Notes: generated by a model from the sequence alone, not told the origin. A DNA stretch of 32,000 nucleotides from Candidatus Nanosyncoccus sp. (GCA_045597305.1 JAZLJF010000009.1:21891-53890), one strand, 5' to 3'. Positions 23,895 to 32,000 are shown, numbered from the stretch's first letter. Translations and numbers: made by a program.

Positions 23895-24463
23895 TGTCTG
23901 ACTATATTCCAAGATTAAAGGAAAAGTATAACAAAGAGATTGTTAAAACTTTGCAAAAAGAATTAAATCTCGAGAACGTTAACCAAGTACCAAAGCTAGA
24001 GAAAATTATCGTTTCATCTGGTGTTGGCAAAAAGCGTGATGACAAGAAATTTACTGAAACAGTTGATCTTACACTTTCAAAGATTACTGGACAAGCAACA
24101 ACATCGCGTCTTGCAAAGAAATCAATTGCTACCTTCAAAATTCGTAAAGGAATGGGTGCACCAATTGGTTACCTTACAACTCTTCGCGGCGTAAAAATGT
24201 ATGAATTTGCAGATCGTTTAATTAACATTGCATTGCCACATGTACGTGATTTTCACGGTGTATCACTTAAAAGCTTCGATGCTCAAGGCAACTATAGCCT
24301 CGGCCTTAAAGAACAGACAGTTTTCCCTGAAATTACATTCGAAGACGCACAGGTCTTACACGGACTTGAAATTACATTTATTATTAAAAACGGATCTCAA
24401 GAAGGGAGTACCAGATTGTTAGAGCTCTTTGGAATGCCGTTTGAGAAAAAGGAGGATAAGTAA
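23894..24463 (+). CDS. rplE: 50S ribosomal protein L5
   Basis: [47 protein letters not shown]. Confidence 0.97.
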   Translation: MSDYIPRLKEKYNKEIVKTLQKELNLENVNQVPKLEKIIVSSGVGKKRDDKKFTETVDLTLSKITGQATTSRLAKKSIATFKIRKGMGAPIGYLTTLRGVKMYEFADRLINIALPHVRDFHGVSLKSFDAQGNYSLGLKEQTVFPEITFEDAQVLHGLEITFIIKNGSQEGSTRLLELFGMPFEKKEDK

Positions 24464-24732
24464 TGGCTAAGAAATCAGCTGTCCTTCGCGACATCAAACG
24501 TCAGAAGATGTACGACAAATATAAAGATAAACGTGCTGCACTAAAAGCGGCTGGTGACCTCGAGGGTCTCCAGAAGCTTCCACGTAACTCTAGTCCAACA
24601 AGACTAAAGAACCGCGATCTATTAGATGGTCGTCCACGTGGATACATGCGCAGATTTGGTCTATCTCGTATTAATTTCCGTGAAAAAGCAAGCAAGGGCG
24701 AAATCCCTGGCGTAACAAAGAGTAGCTGGTAA
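24463..24732 (+). CDS. rpsN: 30S ribosomal protein S14 (long, zinc-free form)
   Basis: [51 protein letters not shown]. Confidence 0.96.
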   Translation: MAKKSAVLRDIKRQKMYDKYKDKRAALKAAGDLEGLQKLPRNSSPTRLKNRDLLDGRPRGYMRRFGLSRINFREKASKGEIPGVTKSSW

Positions 24733-24747
24733 GGAGAAAGGAGAATT

Positions 24748-25149
24748 ATGTCACTACAATCTACTGATCAAATCGCTGACTTGATTACTCGCATCCGTAA
24801 TGCTATTCTTGTTAGCAAAAATGAAGTTTCTGTACCAACTTCTAAACTAAAAGTATCTGTGATCGACGGCCTAAAAAAGGGTGGCTATATTGCAGATTAT
24901 GAAATTGAAAAGTCTCATCCACGAGATATACTTCATGTTCTTATTAATAAAGAAGGTGAAGTAGCAAAGATTAACGAAATTTCAAAGGTATCAAAGCCAG
25001 GACGTCGCGTCTATACATCAGCCGACGAAATTCCAGTAATTAAATCTGGCCGTGGAATCGTTCTAATTTCTACATCTAAAGGAATTATGAGCGGTGCAGA
25101 GGCAAAGAAGTTGCGTCTCGGAGGCGAAATTCTAGTAAAAGTTTGGTAA
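24748..25149 (+). CDS. rpsH: 30S ribosomal protein S8
   Basis: DQIADLITRIRNAILVSKNEVSVPTSKLK, GRGIVLISTSKGIMSGAEAKKLRLGGEILVKVW. Confidence 0.97.
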   Translation: MSLQSTDQIADLITRIRNAILVSKNEVSVPTSKLKVSVIDGLKKGGYIADYEIEKSHPRDILHVLINKEGEVAKINEISKVSKPGRRVYTSADEIPVIKSGRGIVLISTSKGIMSGAEAKKLRLGGEILVKVW

Positions 25150-25165
25150 TCGAACTAAATTTTAA

Positions 25166-25191
25166 AACCAACCAGTAATGGTTGGTTTTTT
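25166..25191 (+). terminator. intrinsic (possibly bidirectional) terminator after rpsH
   Basis: AACCAACC-AGTAAT-GGTTGGTT-TTTT, with A-run on the other side. Confidence 0.85.
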
Positions 25192-25228
25192 GTTTGAAAT
25201 TAATATCTAATTTACGTATTTAAATTGC

Positions 25229-25257
25229 TTGATTTTTTTGCAATTGTGTGATAAAAT
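25229..25257 (+). promoter_or_regulatory. promoter for rplF-rplR-rpsE-rplO
   Basis: TTGATT (25229-25234), 17 bp, TGA-TAAAAT (25252-25257). Confidence 0.65.
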
Positions 25258-25284
25258 AACAAAGATATTAAACAAGGGACGATT

Positions 25285-25821
25285 ATGAGTCGTATCGGAA
25301 AACTACCTGTAGAGATTCCTGCAGGCGTGACAATTACGGTCGGCGACAAGGAGATTACTGTCGCTGGTCCTAAAGGCACGCTTCAGGTTCCTGTTCAGGC
25401 TAATACTACCACGAAGGTAGAAGATAATAAAATCATCGTAACCCGCAAAGATGACGAGCCAGAGTCAAGAGCTTGGCACGGTCTCCAGCGAGCATTACTT
25501 AATAATGCTGTCATAGGTGTTACGTCAGGTTTTGAGAAAAAACTTGAAATTAACGGAGTTGGTTACCGTCTTTCTGGCGGTGGAAAGCAGATTGAGATGG
25601 CGCTTGGCTTTTCTCACCCTGTTAAATACACTGCACCGGATGGTATTGAACTTAAAGTCGACAAGATGGAAATCACAGTTTCTGGCTCTGATAAGCAGAA
25701 GGTTGGTCAGGTCGCTGCTGAAATCCGTGCTCTAAAGAAACCAGAGCCATACAAGGGTAAAGGCATCAAATATGTTGGTGAGCACATTATCCGTAAGGCT
25801 GGAAAGGCAGGTAAGAAATAA
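25285..25821 (+). CDS. rplF: 50S ribosomal protein L6
   Basis: MSRIGKLPVEIPAGVTITV, LGFSHPV, PEPYKGKGIKYVGEHIIRKAGKAGKK. Confidence 0.98.
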   Translation: MSRIGKLPVEIPAGVTITVGDKEITVAGPKGTLQVPVQANTTTKVEDNKIIVTRKDDEPESRAWHGLQRALLNNAVIGVTSGFEKKLEINGVGYRLSGGGKQIEMALGFSHPVKYTAPDGIELKVDKMEITVSGSDKQKVGQVAAEIRALKKPEPYKGKGIKYVGEHIIRKAGKAGKK

Positions 25822-26150
25822 TGAAAGCTGAATTTCGTGCAAATCGCACTCGCGCAAAAATTCACGGTACAAGTGAGAGACCTCGCCTTACCGTTCATAT
25901 TAGTAATATGCATATTACAGCTCAATTAATTGATGATGATAAGAAGATTACTCTTGCTTATTCTTCAACAGTCGGAAAGAAATTAACTGGTAATATGACT
26001 GAAAAAGCAGCTGTTATTGGTAAAGAAATTGCTGAAAAAGCTAAGAAAGCCAAAGTAAAAACTGTAGTTTTTGATCGTGGATCAAAGCTATATGCAGGTC
26101 GTATGAGCGCACTTGCAGATGCTGCTCGTAAAGAAGGATTGGAGTTCTAG
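25821..26150 (+). CDS. rplR: 50S ribosomal protein L18
   Basis: RPRLTVHISNMHITAQLIDD, VVFDRGSKLYAGRMSALADAARKEGLEF. Confidence 0.96.
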   Translation: MKAEFRANRTRAKIHGTSERPRLTVHISNMHITAQLIDDDKKITLAYSSTVGKKLTGNMTEKAAVIGKEIAEKAKKAKVKTVVFDRGSKLYAGRMSALADAARKEGLEF

Positions 26151-26151
26151 T

Positions 26152-26826
26152 ATGGCAGAAAATACTAATCAACCAAAAGTAATCAATAAGTCTGGTACAC
26201 TTAAGATGTCAGATGAAACTGCTGCAACTCGCAAGCAGAAAGATATTGGCGGACGCCCATTCGACCGCCGCAATAATCGACGCCGTGATCGCGTAAAGGC
26301 TGACGTTGCTCCAAAAGAATTTGATGAAGTAACGATTAATATCGATCGTGTTTCTCGTACTGTAAAAGGTGGACGCCGTATGCGCTTCAAAGCACTTGTT
26401 GTTGTTGGAAATCACAAAAACAAGATCGGTGTTGGCGTAGCAAAAGGTGGCGATGTTACTGCTGCTGTTCAAAAAGCTGCTACTAAGGCCAAGAAAAACA
26501 TCGTTGAATTTTACTTGGATGGTGAAACAATTTGTCACGAAGTTGAATCAAAGGTAACTGGGGCTCATGTCTTATTGAAGCCAGCAGCTCCTGGTACAGG
26601 TATTATCGCGGGTGGTGTTGTAAGATCGATTATTGGTCTTACAGGGGTAAAGAATCTTATTTCAAAGAGCTTAGGTTCGACAAATAAGGTAAATATCGCT
26701 TATGCAGTCGTCGAAGGCCTTCGTCAACAGGTCCCACGCAAAGAATGGGCAACAACGAAGACGAAATCTGCTACAGATAAGAAATCTTCTGCGAAGAAGC
26801 CTGCAGCTAAGAAGGAGACTAAGTAA
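26152..26826 (+). CDS. rpsE: 30S ribosomal protein S5 with N- and C-terminal extensions
   Basis: INIDRVSRTVKGGRRMRFKALVVVGNHKNKIGVGVAKGGDV, LLKPAAPGTGIIAGGVVRSIIGLTGVKNLISKSLGSTN. ATG 26152 preferred over tracked 26113. Confidence 0.97.
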   Translation: MAENTNQPKVINKSGTLKMSDETAATRKQKDIGGRPFDRRNNRRRDRVKADVAPKEFDEVTINIDRVSRTVKGGRRMRFKALVVVGNHKNKIGVGVAKGGDVTAAVQKAATKAKKNIVEFYLDGETICHEVESKVTGAHVLLKPAAPGTGIIAGGVVRSIIGLTGVKNLISKSLGSTNKVNIAYAVVEGLRQQVPRKEWATTKTKSATDKKSSAKKPAAKKETK

Positions 26827-27314
26827 TGAAATATAATGATCTTATTGTAGAAAAAAATACTCGTCCTAATCGCAAAGGTCGTGGTATCTCTGCTGGACAG
26901 GGAAAGACTGCTGGACGTGGTACTAAGGGTCAAAAAGCTCGTACTGGTCATCGAAAAATGCCAGCCGGATTCATGGGCGGACAGCGTGCAATTATGCAAG
27001 CAGTTCCAAAACTAAAAGGTTTTAAATCAATCCATCCAAAAGCTGAGATTGTCTATACCGACCGCTTAAATGATTTGACTGGTAATGTAGATAATTTTGT
27101 ACTTTTTGAAGCTGGATTAATCTCTACTCCATTCACTAAAGTAAAAGTTATTTCACGTGGCGAAGTTACAGCTAAAATTGATCTTTCCACTCAATTTGCT
27201 TCAAGCTCTGCTGTCGAGTTTATTAAAAAGGCTGGCGGTAGCTTCAAGAAAGCTGATATTCCTGCTCGAAAGGTTTCAGAGGATAGTCGTAAGAGTGAAA
27301 AATCCGATAAGTAA
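26826..27314 (+). CDS. rplO: 50S ribosomal protein L15
   Basis: RKGRGISAGQGKTAGRGTKGQKARTG, GFMGGQRAIMQAVPKLKGF. Confidence 0.96.
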   Translation: MKYNDLIVEKNTRPNRKGRGISAGQGKTAGRGTKGQKARTGHRKMPAGFMGGQRAIMQAVPKLKGFKSIHPKAEIVYTDRLNDLTGNVDNFVLFEAGLISTPFTKVKVISRGEVTAKIDLSTQFASSSAVEFIKKAGGSFKKADIPARKVSEDSRKSEKSDK

Positions 27315-27334
27315 TAATTAGCTTATCTCAATAA

Positions 27335-27359
27335 AAGCCTCCATAGAGAGGCTTTTTTT
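27335..27359 (+). terminator. intrinsic terminator after rplO
   Basis: AAGCCTC-CATAGA-GAGGCTT-TTTTT. Confidence 0.85.
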
Positions 27360-27398
27360 GATTTTTATCTATTTTTCTTCGCAAATCTGATAAATCTA

Positions 27399-27407
27399 TG
27401 ATATTAT
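27399..27407 (+). promoter_or_regulatory. extended -10 promoter for secY
   Basis: TGA-TATTAT; only a weak -35 (TCGCAA) 17 bp upstream. Confidence 0.4.
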
Positions 27408-27428
27408 AGATAAAGAAAGAAGAGTTAT

Positions 27429-28844
27429 ATGCATTTCAAGACTATTTTTAAATCATTTTTGAATAAAGACATGCGCAAACGTATACTCATTGTGCTTGGT
27501 ATTTTTCTTGCTTACCGTTTTCTCGCTCATGTTCCAGTACCACTTGGTGATGCGAACACTTTTAAGGAAGCAGTTGAAAATCTAGTCTCGAAATCCGATT
27601 TTAGTAATTTCTTGAATTTAATTTCTGGTGGCGGACTTACCTCTCTTTCAATTATTCTTGTAGGTTTATCTCCCTTTATTACATCTTCAATCGTTGTTCA
27701 ACTCATTACGAAAGCTATACCGAAGCTTGAAGAGTTATCACAAGATGGTGAGACTGGTCGTCGTAAAATTAACCAATGGACGCGTCGTCTCACTATACCT
27801 CTAGCTATTGTCCAGTCTATTGCGTATATTTTCATCTTAAGAGAGTCAGCCCTTGCAAATACAACTACTGATATTACGCTGTCTTCCGGCCAATGGATTT
27901 TAGCCGTTACATCTATGACAGCCGGTTCAGTTATTCTAATGTGGCTTGGCGAACTTATGACTGAGCAAGGCATCGGAAATGGTATATCTATGATTATTTT
28001 TGCATCTATTATCTCTCAGTTGCCTACTACATTAGCTTCACTAGGAACTACATTATTTAATACTAGTGAAGGTACATTATCTCTCTTTGGCTGGTTCAAT
28101 TTGCCTGTAAATCCTACTGCATTTTGGATTATTCTTGGATTTGCTGTCGCACTTCTTGTCGTGATTTACTTCCTTGTAAAACTAAACGAAGCGCAGCGTA
28201 TTATTACTATAAATTATGCAAAGCGCGTTCACGGTAATAGTAGTTACGGAGGAATTAAATCTATTCTCCCAATTAAATTGATTGCAGCCGGTGTTATTCC
28301 TGTTATCTTTGCGACTTCATTCTTGGCGCTTCCATCCTTAATTGGACAGCTTATTCAATCATTTGATCCTGGAAATAGCTTTGGGCAAACTTTGACGACT
28401 TTGTTTACTGCTCCTTCAGCTCAAAATTTTTCAGCTATGTATCCTAATGGTATTACAGCGCAGTGGTTCCTTTATCCTGCAATGTATTTTGTTTTGGTTG
28501 TGTTATTTACCTATTTTTATACGTCAATCATCTTCAATACAAACGAAATAGCTGACAACTTACAGAAGCAGGGCGGCTTTATCGAAGGCGTCCGTCCTGG
28601 TATCACTACGGCAAATTATCTTTCGAAAGTAGTAAATCGACTAAATCTCTTTGGAGCATTTGCGCTCGGTGTAATTGCGATGTTGCCTTTTATCACAGAT
28701 TATGTCTTTATTATGACCTTAGGATACCCGATTGGCTTATCTATCTCTGGAACTGGGCTATTAATTGTCGTTACAGTAGCACTAGAAAGTCTTCGACAGC
28801 TTGATTCGCGAGCTTTGATGATAACTTACGACGATTACAAGTAA
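27429..28844 (+). CDS. secY: protein translocase subunit SecY
   Basis: RILIVLGIFLAYRFLAHVPVPLGD, GLSPFITSSIVVQLITKAIPKLEELSQDGETGRRKINQWTRRLT, GIGNGISMIIFASII. Confidence 0.97.
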   Translation: MHFKTIFKSFLNKDMRKRILIVLGIFLAYRFLAHVPVPLGDANTFKEAVENLVSKSDFSNFLNLISGGGLTSLSIILVGLSPFITSSIVVQLITKAIPKLEELSQDGETGRRKINQWTRRLTIPLAIVQSIAYIFILRESALANTTTDITLSSGQWILAVTSMTAGSVILMWLGELMTEQGIGNGISMIIFASIISQLPTTLASLGTTLFNTSEGTLSLFGWFNLPVNPTAFWIILGFAVALLVVIYFLVKLNEAQRIITINYAKRVHGNSSYGGIKSILPIKLIAAGVIPVIFATSFLALPSLIGQLIQSFDPGNSFGQTLTTLFTAPSAQNFSAMYPNGITAQWFLYPAMYFVLVVLFTYFYTSIIFNTNEIADNLQKQGGFIEGVRPGITTANYLSKVVNRLNLFGAFALGVIAMLPFITDYVFIMTLGYPIGLSISGTGLLIVVTVALESLRQLDSRALMITYDDYK

Positions 28845-28853
28845 AGGGGAAAT

Positions 28854-29717
28854 ATGGCATTGAAGATAAACTGGAAGAAGAAACTTCCGCAAATTATAAC
28901 AGGCGTGATAGTGCTTATGCTTGCTACTTTTATAATTCGTGTTGCTATATGGGAGGCAGATTATTATAGTCGAATGGAGGGTTCAGAACGTAAAATTGTT
29001 GATAGTAGTACTTCTGTGCCTGATTCCGTTGAGGACGTTGATGAGACAAACGTGGATGAATTTATGAAAGCTGCGCATCAGGTAGCGGCTGATCGTCCTA
29101 GATTTCTGTCGATTGAAAAACTCAGTATTGACAGAGCTCGTATCTTTGAGACTGGCGTAAATGTTAATGGACAGATGCAGACACCAGTGAATATCTTTGA
29201 TGTTGGATGGTATCGCGGATCAGATAAGCCGGGATTTGGTGGGACAGCTGTAATTGATGGACATAATGGAGGTCCGACTATGGAGGGTGTTTTCAAACAT
29301 CTTCCTGAGTTGTCGCAAGATGACATTATCCTTATTGAACGGGGTGACGGAAAGTTTTTTCGCTATAAAGTAGTTGAAAATGTCACAGTTTCTCTTAATG
29401 ATGCTGATTCCTATATGAAAAATGCATTCATTTCTCCTGTGGTCGGGAAAGAATCTTTGACTCTTATTACCTGTACTGGTGAATGGTCTCAAGTTCAGCA
29501 GACATACCTTTCGCGACAGTTTGTACGTGCTGTTCTTGTAGAAAATGAGACAAATTTTAAAGAAACTAAAATAATTAACGAACTCGAAGAGAATAGAAAA
29601 AAGAAAGAAGAAGAGGAAAAGCAAAAAGCGATAGAAGAAGCTGTTGAAGCTGAAATCCGTCGACGTCAGGCCGAAGAAGATGAGAAGAATGATTCTACTA
29701 TAATTCGAGGTCAATAA
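28854..29717 (+). CDS. sortase-family transpeptidase (class E/F-like), membrane anchored
   Basis: N-terminal TM LPQIITGVIVLMLATFII; catalytic His in GGTAVIDGHNGG, Cys in SLTLITCTGEW, Arg in TYLSRQFVRAVL. Confidence 0.85.
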   Translation: MALKINWKKKLPQIITGVIVLMLATFIIRVAIWEADYYSRMEGSERKIVDSSTSVPDSVEDVDETNVDEFMKAAHQVAADRPRFLSIEKLSIDRARIFETGVNVNGQMQTPVNIFDVGWYRGSDKPGFGGTAVIDGHNGGPTMEGVFKHLPELSQDDIILIERGDGKFFRYKVVENVTVSLNDADSYMKNAFISPVVGKESLTLITCTGEWSQVQQTYLSRQFVRAVLVENETNFKETKIINELEENRKKKEEEEKQKAIEEAVEAEIRRRQAEEDEKNDSTIIRGQ

Positions 29718-29745
29718 TTAAAAAAGTATTTACTTTATTTTATGT

Positions 29746-29757
29746 TCGTGATAAAAT
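29746..29757 (+). promoter_or_regulatory. extended -10 promoter for infA
   Basis: CGTGA-TAAAAT (29752-29757), TTTACT 17 bp upstream; ATG 13 nt after the -10. Confidence 0.5.
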
Positions 29758-29770
29758 AAAGAAGTAATTT

Positions 29771-29995
29771 ATGGCTAGTCAAAAGGAAGTGATAGAACTC
29801 ACCGGCAAAGTCGTTGAGGCTTTACCTAATACCCAATTTCGGGTTGAACTCGAGAATGGTCATATTATTATTGCCCATATGAGCGGAAAAATGCGTAAAA
29901 ACTATATTCGTCTCGTACCGGGTGATAAGGTGAAGGTTGAGTTGACCCCTTATGATCTCACGAAGGGGCGCATCAGTTTTCGCCTAAAAGATTAA
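29771..29995 (+). CDS. infA: translation initiation factor IF-1
   Basis: [67 protein letters not shown]. Confidence 0.98.
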   Translation: MASQKEVIELTGKVVEALPNTQFRVELENGHIIIAHMSGKMRKNYIRLVPGDKVKVELTPYDLTKGRISFRLKD

Positions 29996-30003
29996 TATTA
30001 ACT

Positions 30004-30160
30004 GTTGTAAAAATTACAACAATTCTGAGTAGCGATTCATCTTTTGAACTATTCAATTTAAGTTTATTTTATTTAAGTCTTCCCGACTAGCCAGAATAAG
30101 ATATGACATAAATTAAATAATTCGAGTGATCTTGCGAAGAATTGTAAAAAATCTTTACAA
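30004..30160 (+). other. structured 194-nt intergenic leader between infA and rpmJ
   Basis: Stem GTTGTAA-AAA-TTACAAC (30004-30020) and stem TTGTAAA-AAATC-TTTACAA (30142-30160). Confidence 0.45.
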
Positions 30161-30189
30161 CTACTAATAAGGAAAGGATTTTGACACTT

Positions 30190-30306
30190 ATGAAAGTACG
30201 TGCAAGTGTTAAAAAAATCTCCCCTGATGACATCATCGTTCGCAGAAAAGGCGTTCTTCGTGTCATCAATAAGAAGAAACCTAAGAATAAGCAAAGGCAG
30301 GGTTAA
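30190..30306 (+). CDS. rpmJ: 50S ribosomal protein L36 (zinc-free variant); absent from the supplied ORF track because it is 38 aa
   Basis: [39 protein letters not shown]36-like start to finish; SD AAGGAAAGG upstream. Confidence 0.96.
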   Translation: MKVRASVKKISPDDIIVRRKGVLRVINKKKPKNKQRQG

Positions 30307-30308
30307 GC

Positions 30309-30695
30309 ATGGCAAGAATTGCGAGTGTTGTTATCCCTAACGATAAACAGGTATGGATTGCTCTTACCTATGTTTACGGTATTGGACGCACAACATCAAA
30401 GGCCATCCTTGCGGAGGCTAAAATAGAGCCTACCACTCGGGTGAAAGATCTCACCGAGGCTGAGGAACAAAAAATCAATGATATTATTTCAAATAAATAT
30501 CATGTTGAAGGTGATCTCAGACGCCTCGTGACAAATAATATTAAACGCATCAAGGATATTAATTCCTATAAGGGACTTCGCCATAAGGCAAAGTTACCAG
30601 TCAACGGACAGCGTACTCGTACGAACGCACGCACTCGTAAAGGTAAAGCTATCGCAGTTGGTGGTGCACAACCAAAGGCAGCAAGTAAGACATAG
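30309..30695 (+). CDS. rpsM: 30S ribosomal protein S13
   Basis: [61 protein letters not shown]. Confidence 0.98.
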   Translation: MARIASVVIPNDKQVWIALTYVYGIGRTTSKAILAEAKIEPTTRVKDLTEAEEQKINDIISNKYHVEGDLRRLVTNNIKRIKDINSYKGLRHKAKLPVNGQRTRTNARTRKGKAIAVGGAQPKAASKT

Positions 30696-30709
30696 GAAAG
30701 GAGTAAAAA

Positions 30710-31180
30710 ATGGCAGAAGAAGAAATTAAGAAAACTGAAGCTGTTGAAGCTCCTGCTGAAGCTACAAAGGCTGAAGCAACTGAAGAAGCTCCAAAAGCTG
30801 CAAGCAAAAGGTCGAAGAAGGGCAAACGAGTCGTTACTTCCGGCCAAATGCATATTCAAGCAACATTTAACAATACAATTATCAGCTTTTCTGATAAAAA
30901 AGGCGAAGTACTTTCTAGTTCTTCCGCTGGAGCAAATGGCTTCCGTGGTAGCAAGAAAGGTACTGCATATGCAGCACAAATCGCCGCAGAGAAGGCTGCT
31001 GAAATCGTGAAGAAAGATCACGGCATGAATAGCGTAGATGTCTACGTAAAAGGTATCGGTCTTGGTCGTGATAGCGCTATTCGCGCAGTTTCAGCTGTAG
31101 GAATGAAAATTGACAGTATCACCGATTTGACTCCAATTGCTCACGGTGGTGTCCGTCCTAAGGGAGAAAGGAAACCATAA
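30710..31180 (+). CDS. rpsK: 30S ribosomal protein S11 with N-terminal Ala/Glu/Lys extension
   Basis: MHIQATFNNTIISFSDKKGEVLSSSSAGANGFRGSKKGTAYAAQIAAEKAAEI, VKGIGLGRDSAIRAV. Confidence 0.97.
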   Translation: MAEEEIKKTEAVEAPAEATKAEATEEAPKAASKRSKKGKRVVTSGQMHIQATFNNTIISFSDKKGEVLSSSSAGANGFRGSKKGTAYAAQIAAEKAAEIVKKDHGMNSVDVYVKGIGLGRDSAIRAVSAVGMKIDSITDLTPIAHGGVRPKGERKP

Positions 31181-31797
31181 TGGCAAGAGATAAATCACCT
31201 ATTGTTAAACAAAGCCGTCGCGAGGGCTATGCTCTTGCACCAAAAGCTCAGAAGGTAATGGCTAAAAAGACTGGTATCCCAGGTCAGCACTCAGACATGC
31301 GCGTCCGTGGTGGAAGTCTTTACCTTACGCAACTTCGCGAAAAACAGAAAGTTCGTCGCATCTATGGTCTTTTGGAAAAACAATTTGCTAAATTGATGAA
31401 AGAAGCACAACGCGCTGAAGGTCTTACAGGCGAGAACCTCCTTCAATTCCTAGAGAGACGCGTTGATAACGTTGTTTATCGTGCAGGTTTTGCTACGACT
31501 CGACGTGGTGCTCGTCAATTAGTATCACACGGCCACTTCATTCTGAATGGAAAGAGAATCGATATTCCTTCAATCAGATTGAAGCCAGGAGATGTACTCG
31601 AAGTACGTTCTAAATCTCAGAAATCACAATATTTCAAAAATTTGGAACAAATCATCGGTGCAGCAGGTCAAAATACCGTATCTTGGATTAAGGCTGATGG
31701 TAAGAAGATGAAAATCGAAGTAACCGGTTTGCCAAAGCGCGAAGAAGCAGAGGCGGGCATTAACGAACAATTAATCGTTGAGTACTACTCACGCTAA
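31180..31797 (+). CDS. rpsD: 30S ribosomal protein S4 (cysteine-free N-terminus)
   Basis: [68 protein letters not shown]. Confidence 0.98.
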   Translation: MARDKSPIVKQSRREGYALAPKAQKVMAKKTGIPGQHSDMRVRGGSLYLTQLREKQKVRRIYGLLEKQFAKLMKEAQRAEGLTGENLLQFLERRVDNVVYRAGFATTRRGARQLVSHGHFILNGKRIDIPSIRLKPGDVLEVRSKSQKSQYFKNLEQIIGAAGQNTVSWIKADGKKMKIEVTGLPKREEAEAGINEQLIVEYYSR

Positions 31798-31813
31798 GGA
31801 GGAAGAACAATTT

Positions 31814-32000
31814 ATGACTACTAAAGTTATTCACGAAGCAAACCTTGCAGAGGTGAATGATCTCGGTGAGAATAGTGCCGAATTTGTTATCCGTCCATTG
31901 TATTATGGCTACGGTAATACACTTGGTAACTCTCTCCGACGTGTTCTCCTTTCAAGTATCAAAGGTGCTGCGATTACATCATTTAGCATCGAAGGTACAA
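31814..32000 (+). CDS. rpoA: RNA polymerase subunit alpha (5' part, truncated by window edge)
   Basis: [62 protein letters not shown]. Confidence 0.97.
   Translation, partial: MTTKVIHEANLAEVNDLGENSAEFVIRPLYYGYGNTLGNSLRRVLLSSIKGAAITSFSIEGT

Noticed and set aside
29220-29714. 164-aa minus-strand ORF antisense to the sortase gene
   Set aside because: Phe/Leu-rich composition is the complement of the K/E-rich sortase tail; no independent support.
30180-30186. TTGACA at 30181-30186 as a -35 box for rpmJ
   Set aside because: It lies 4 nt before the rpmJ ATG with no suitable -10 in the coding region; treated as coincidence.
1-32000. Alternative genetic code (TGA = Gly, as in some CPR lineages)
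   Set aside because: TGA serves as a sensible stop (1639-1641, 3163-3165) and no conserved protein contains an in-frame TGA.
1-32000. CRISPR arrays, transposons, tRNA/rRNA genes, long direct repeats
   Set aside because: None seen by eye; no regularly spaced repeats, transposase motifs or tRNA-like T-loops noticed. A scan with tRNAscan-SE and a repeat finder would be more decisive.

Overview
The window reads as a housekeeping segment of a Patescibacteria/CPR genome, most likely Saccharibacteria (TM7). That placement is inferred from gene content and protein character, not from a search. Almost everything is on the + strand. Order: 3' end of dnaE; SpoU/TrmH methyltransferase; Y-family polymerase plus a small YolD-like protein; leuS; L32-like protein, nusB, Nudix hydrolase, rnc; a two-gene hypothetical cassette; rpsP-khpA; a hypothetical gene behind a structured leader; rpoB-rpoC; and a long ribosomal superoperon (L3, L4, L23, L2, S19, L22, S3, L16, S17, L14, L24, L5, S14, S8 | L6, L18, S5, L15 | secY, sortase-like gene, infA | L36, S13, S11, S4, rpoA start). 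No CRISPR, tRNA, rRNA or transposon was recognised. Main points for follow-up: (1) zinc-binding cysteines are lost across RpoC (both zinc sites), L36, the L32-like protein and S4; (2) a sortase-family gene sits inside the ribosomal superoperon between secY and infA; (3) a candidate ~115-nt minus-strand sRNA lies in the rpoB upstream region, with a full promoter and terminator; (4) the 8204 cassette has overlapping sense and antisense promoter/terminator architecture; (5) a promoter + hairpin + intrinsic terminator leader precedes the orphan gene at 10467; (6) near-invariant motifs are substituted (RpoC NADFDGD to NADYDGD; uS11 HNG to HGG). All RNA elements were read by eye and need folding, comparative and expression tests.
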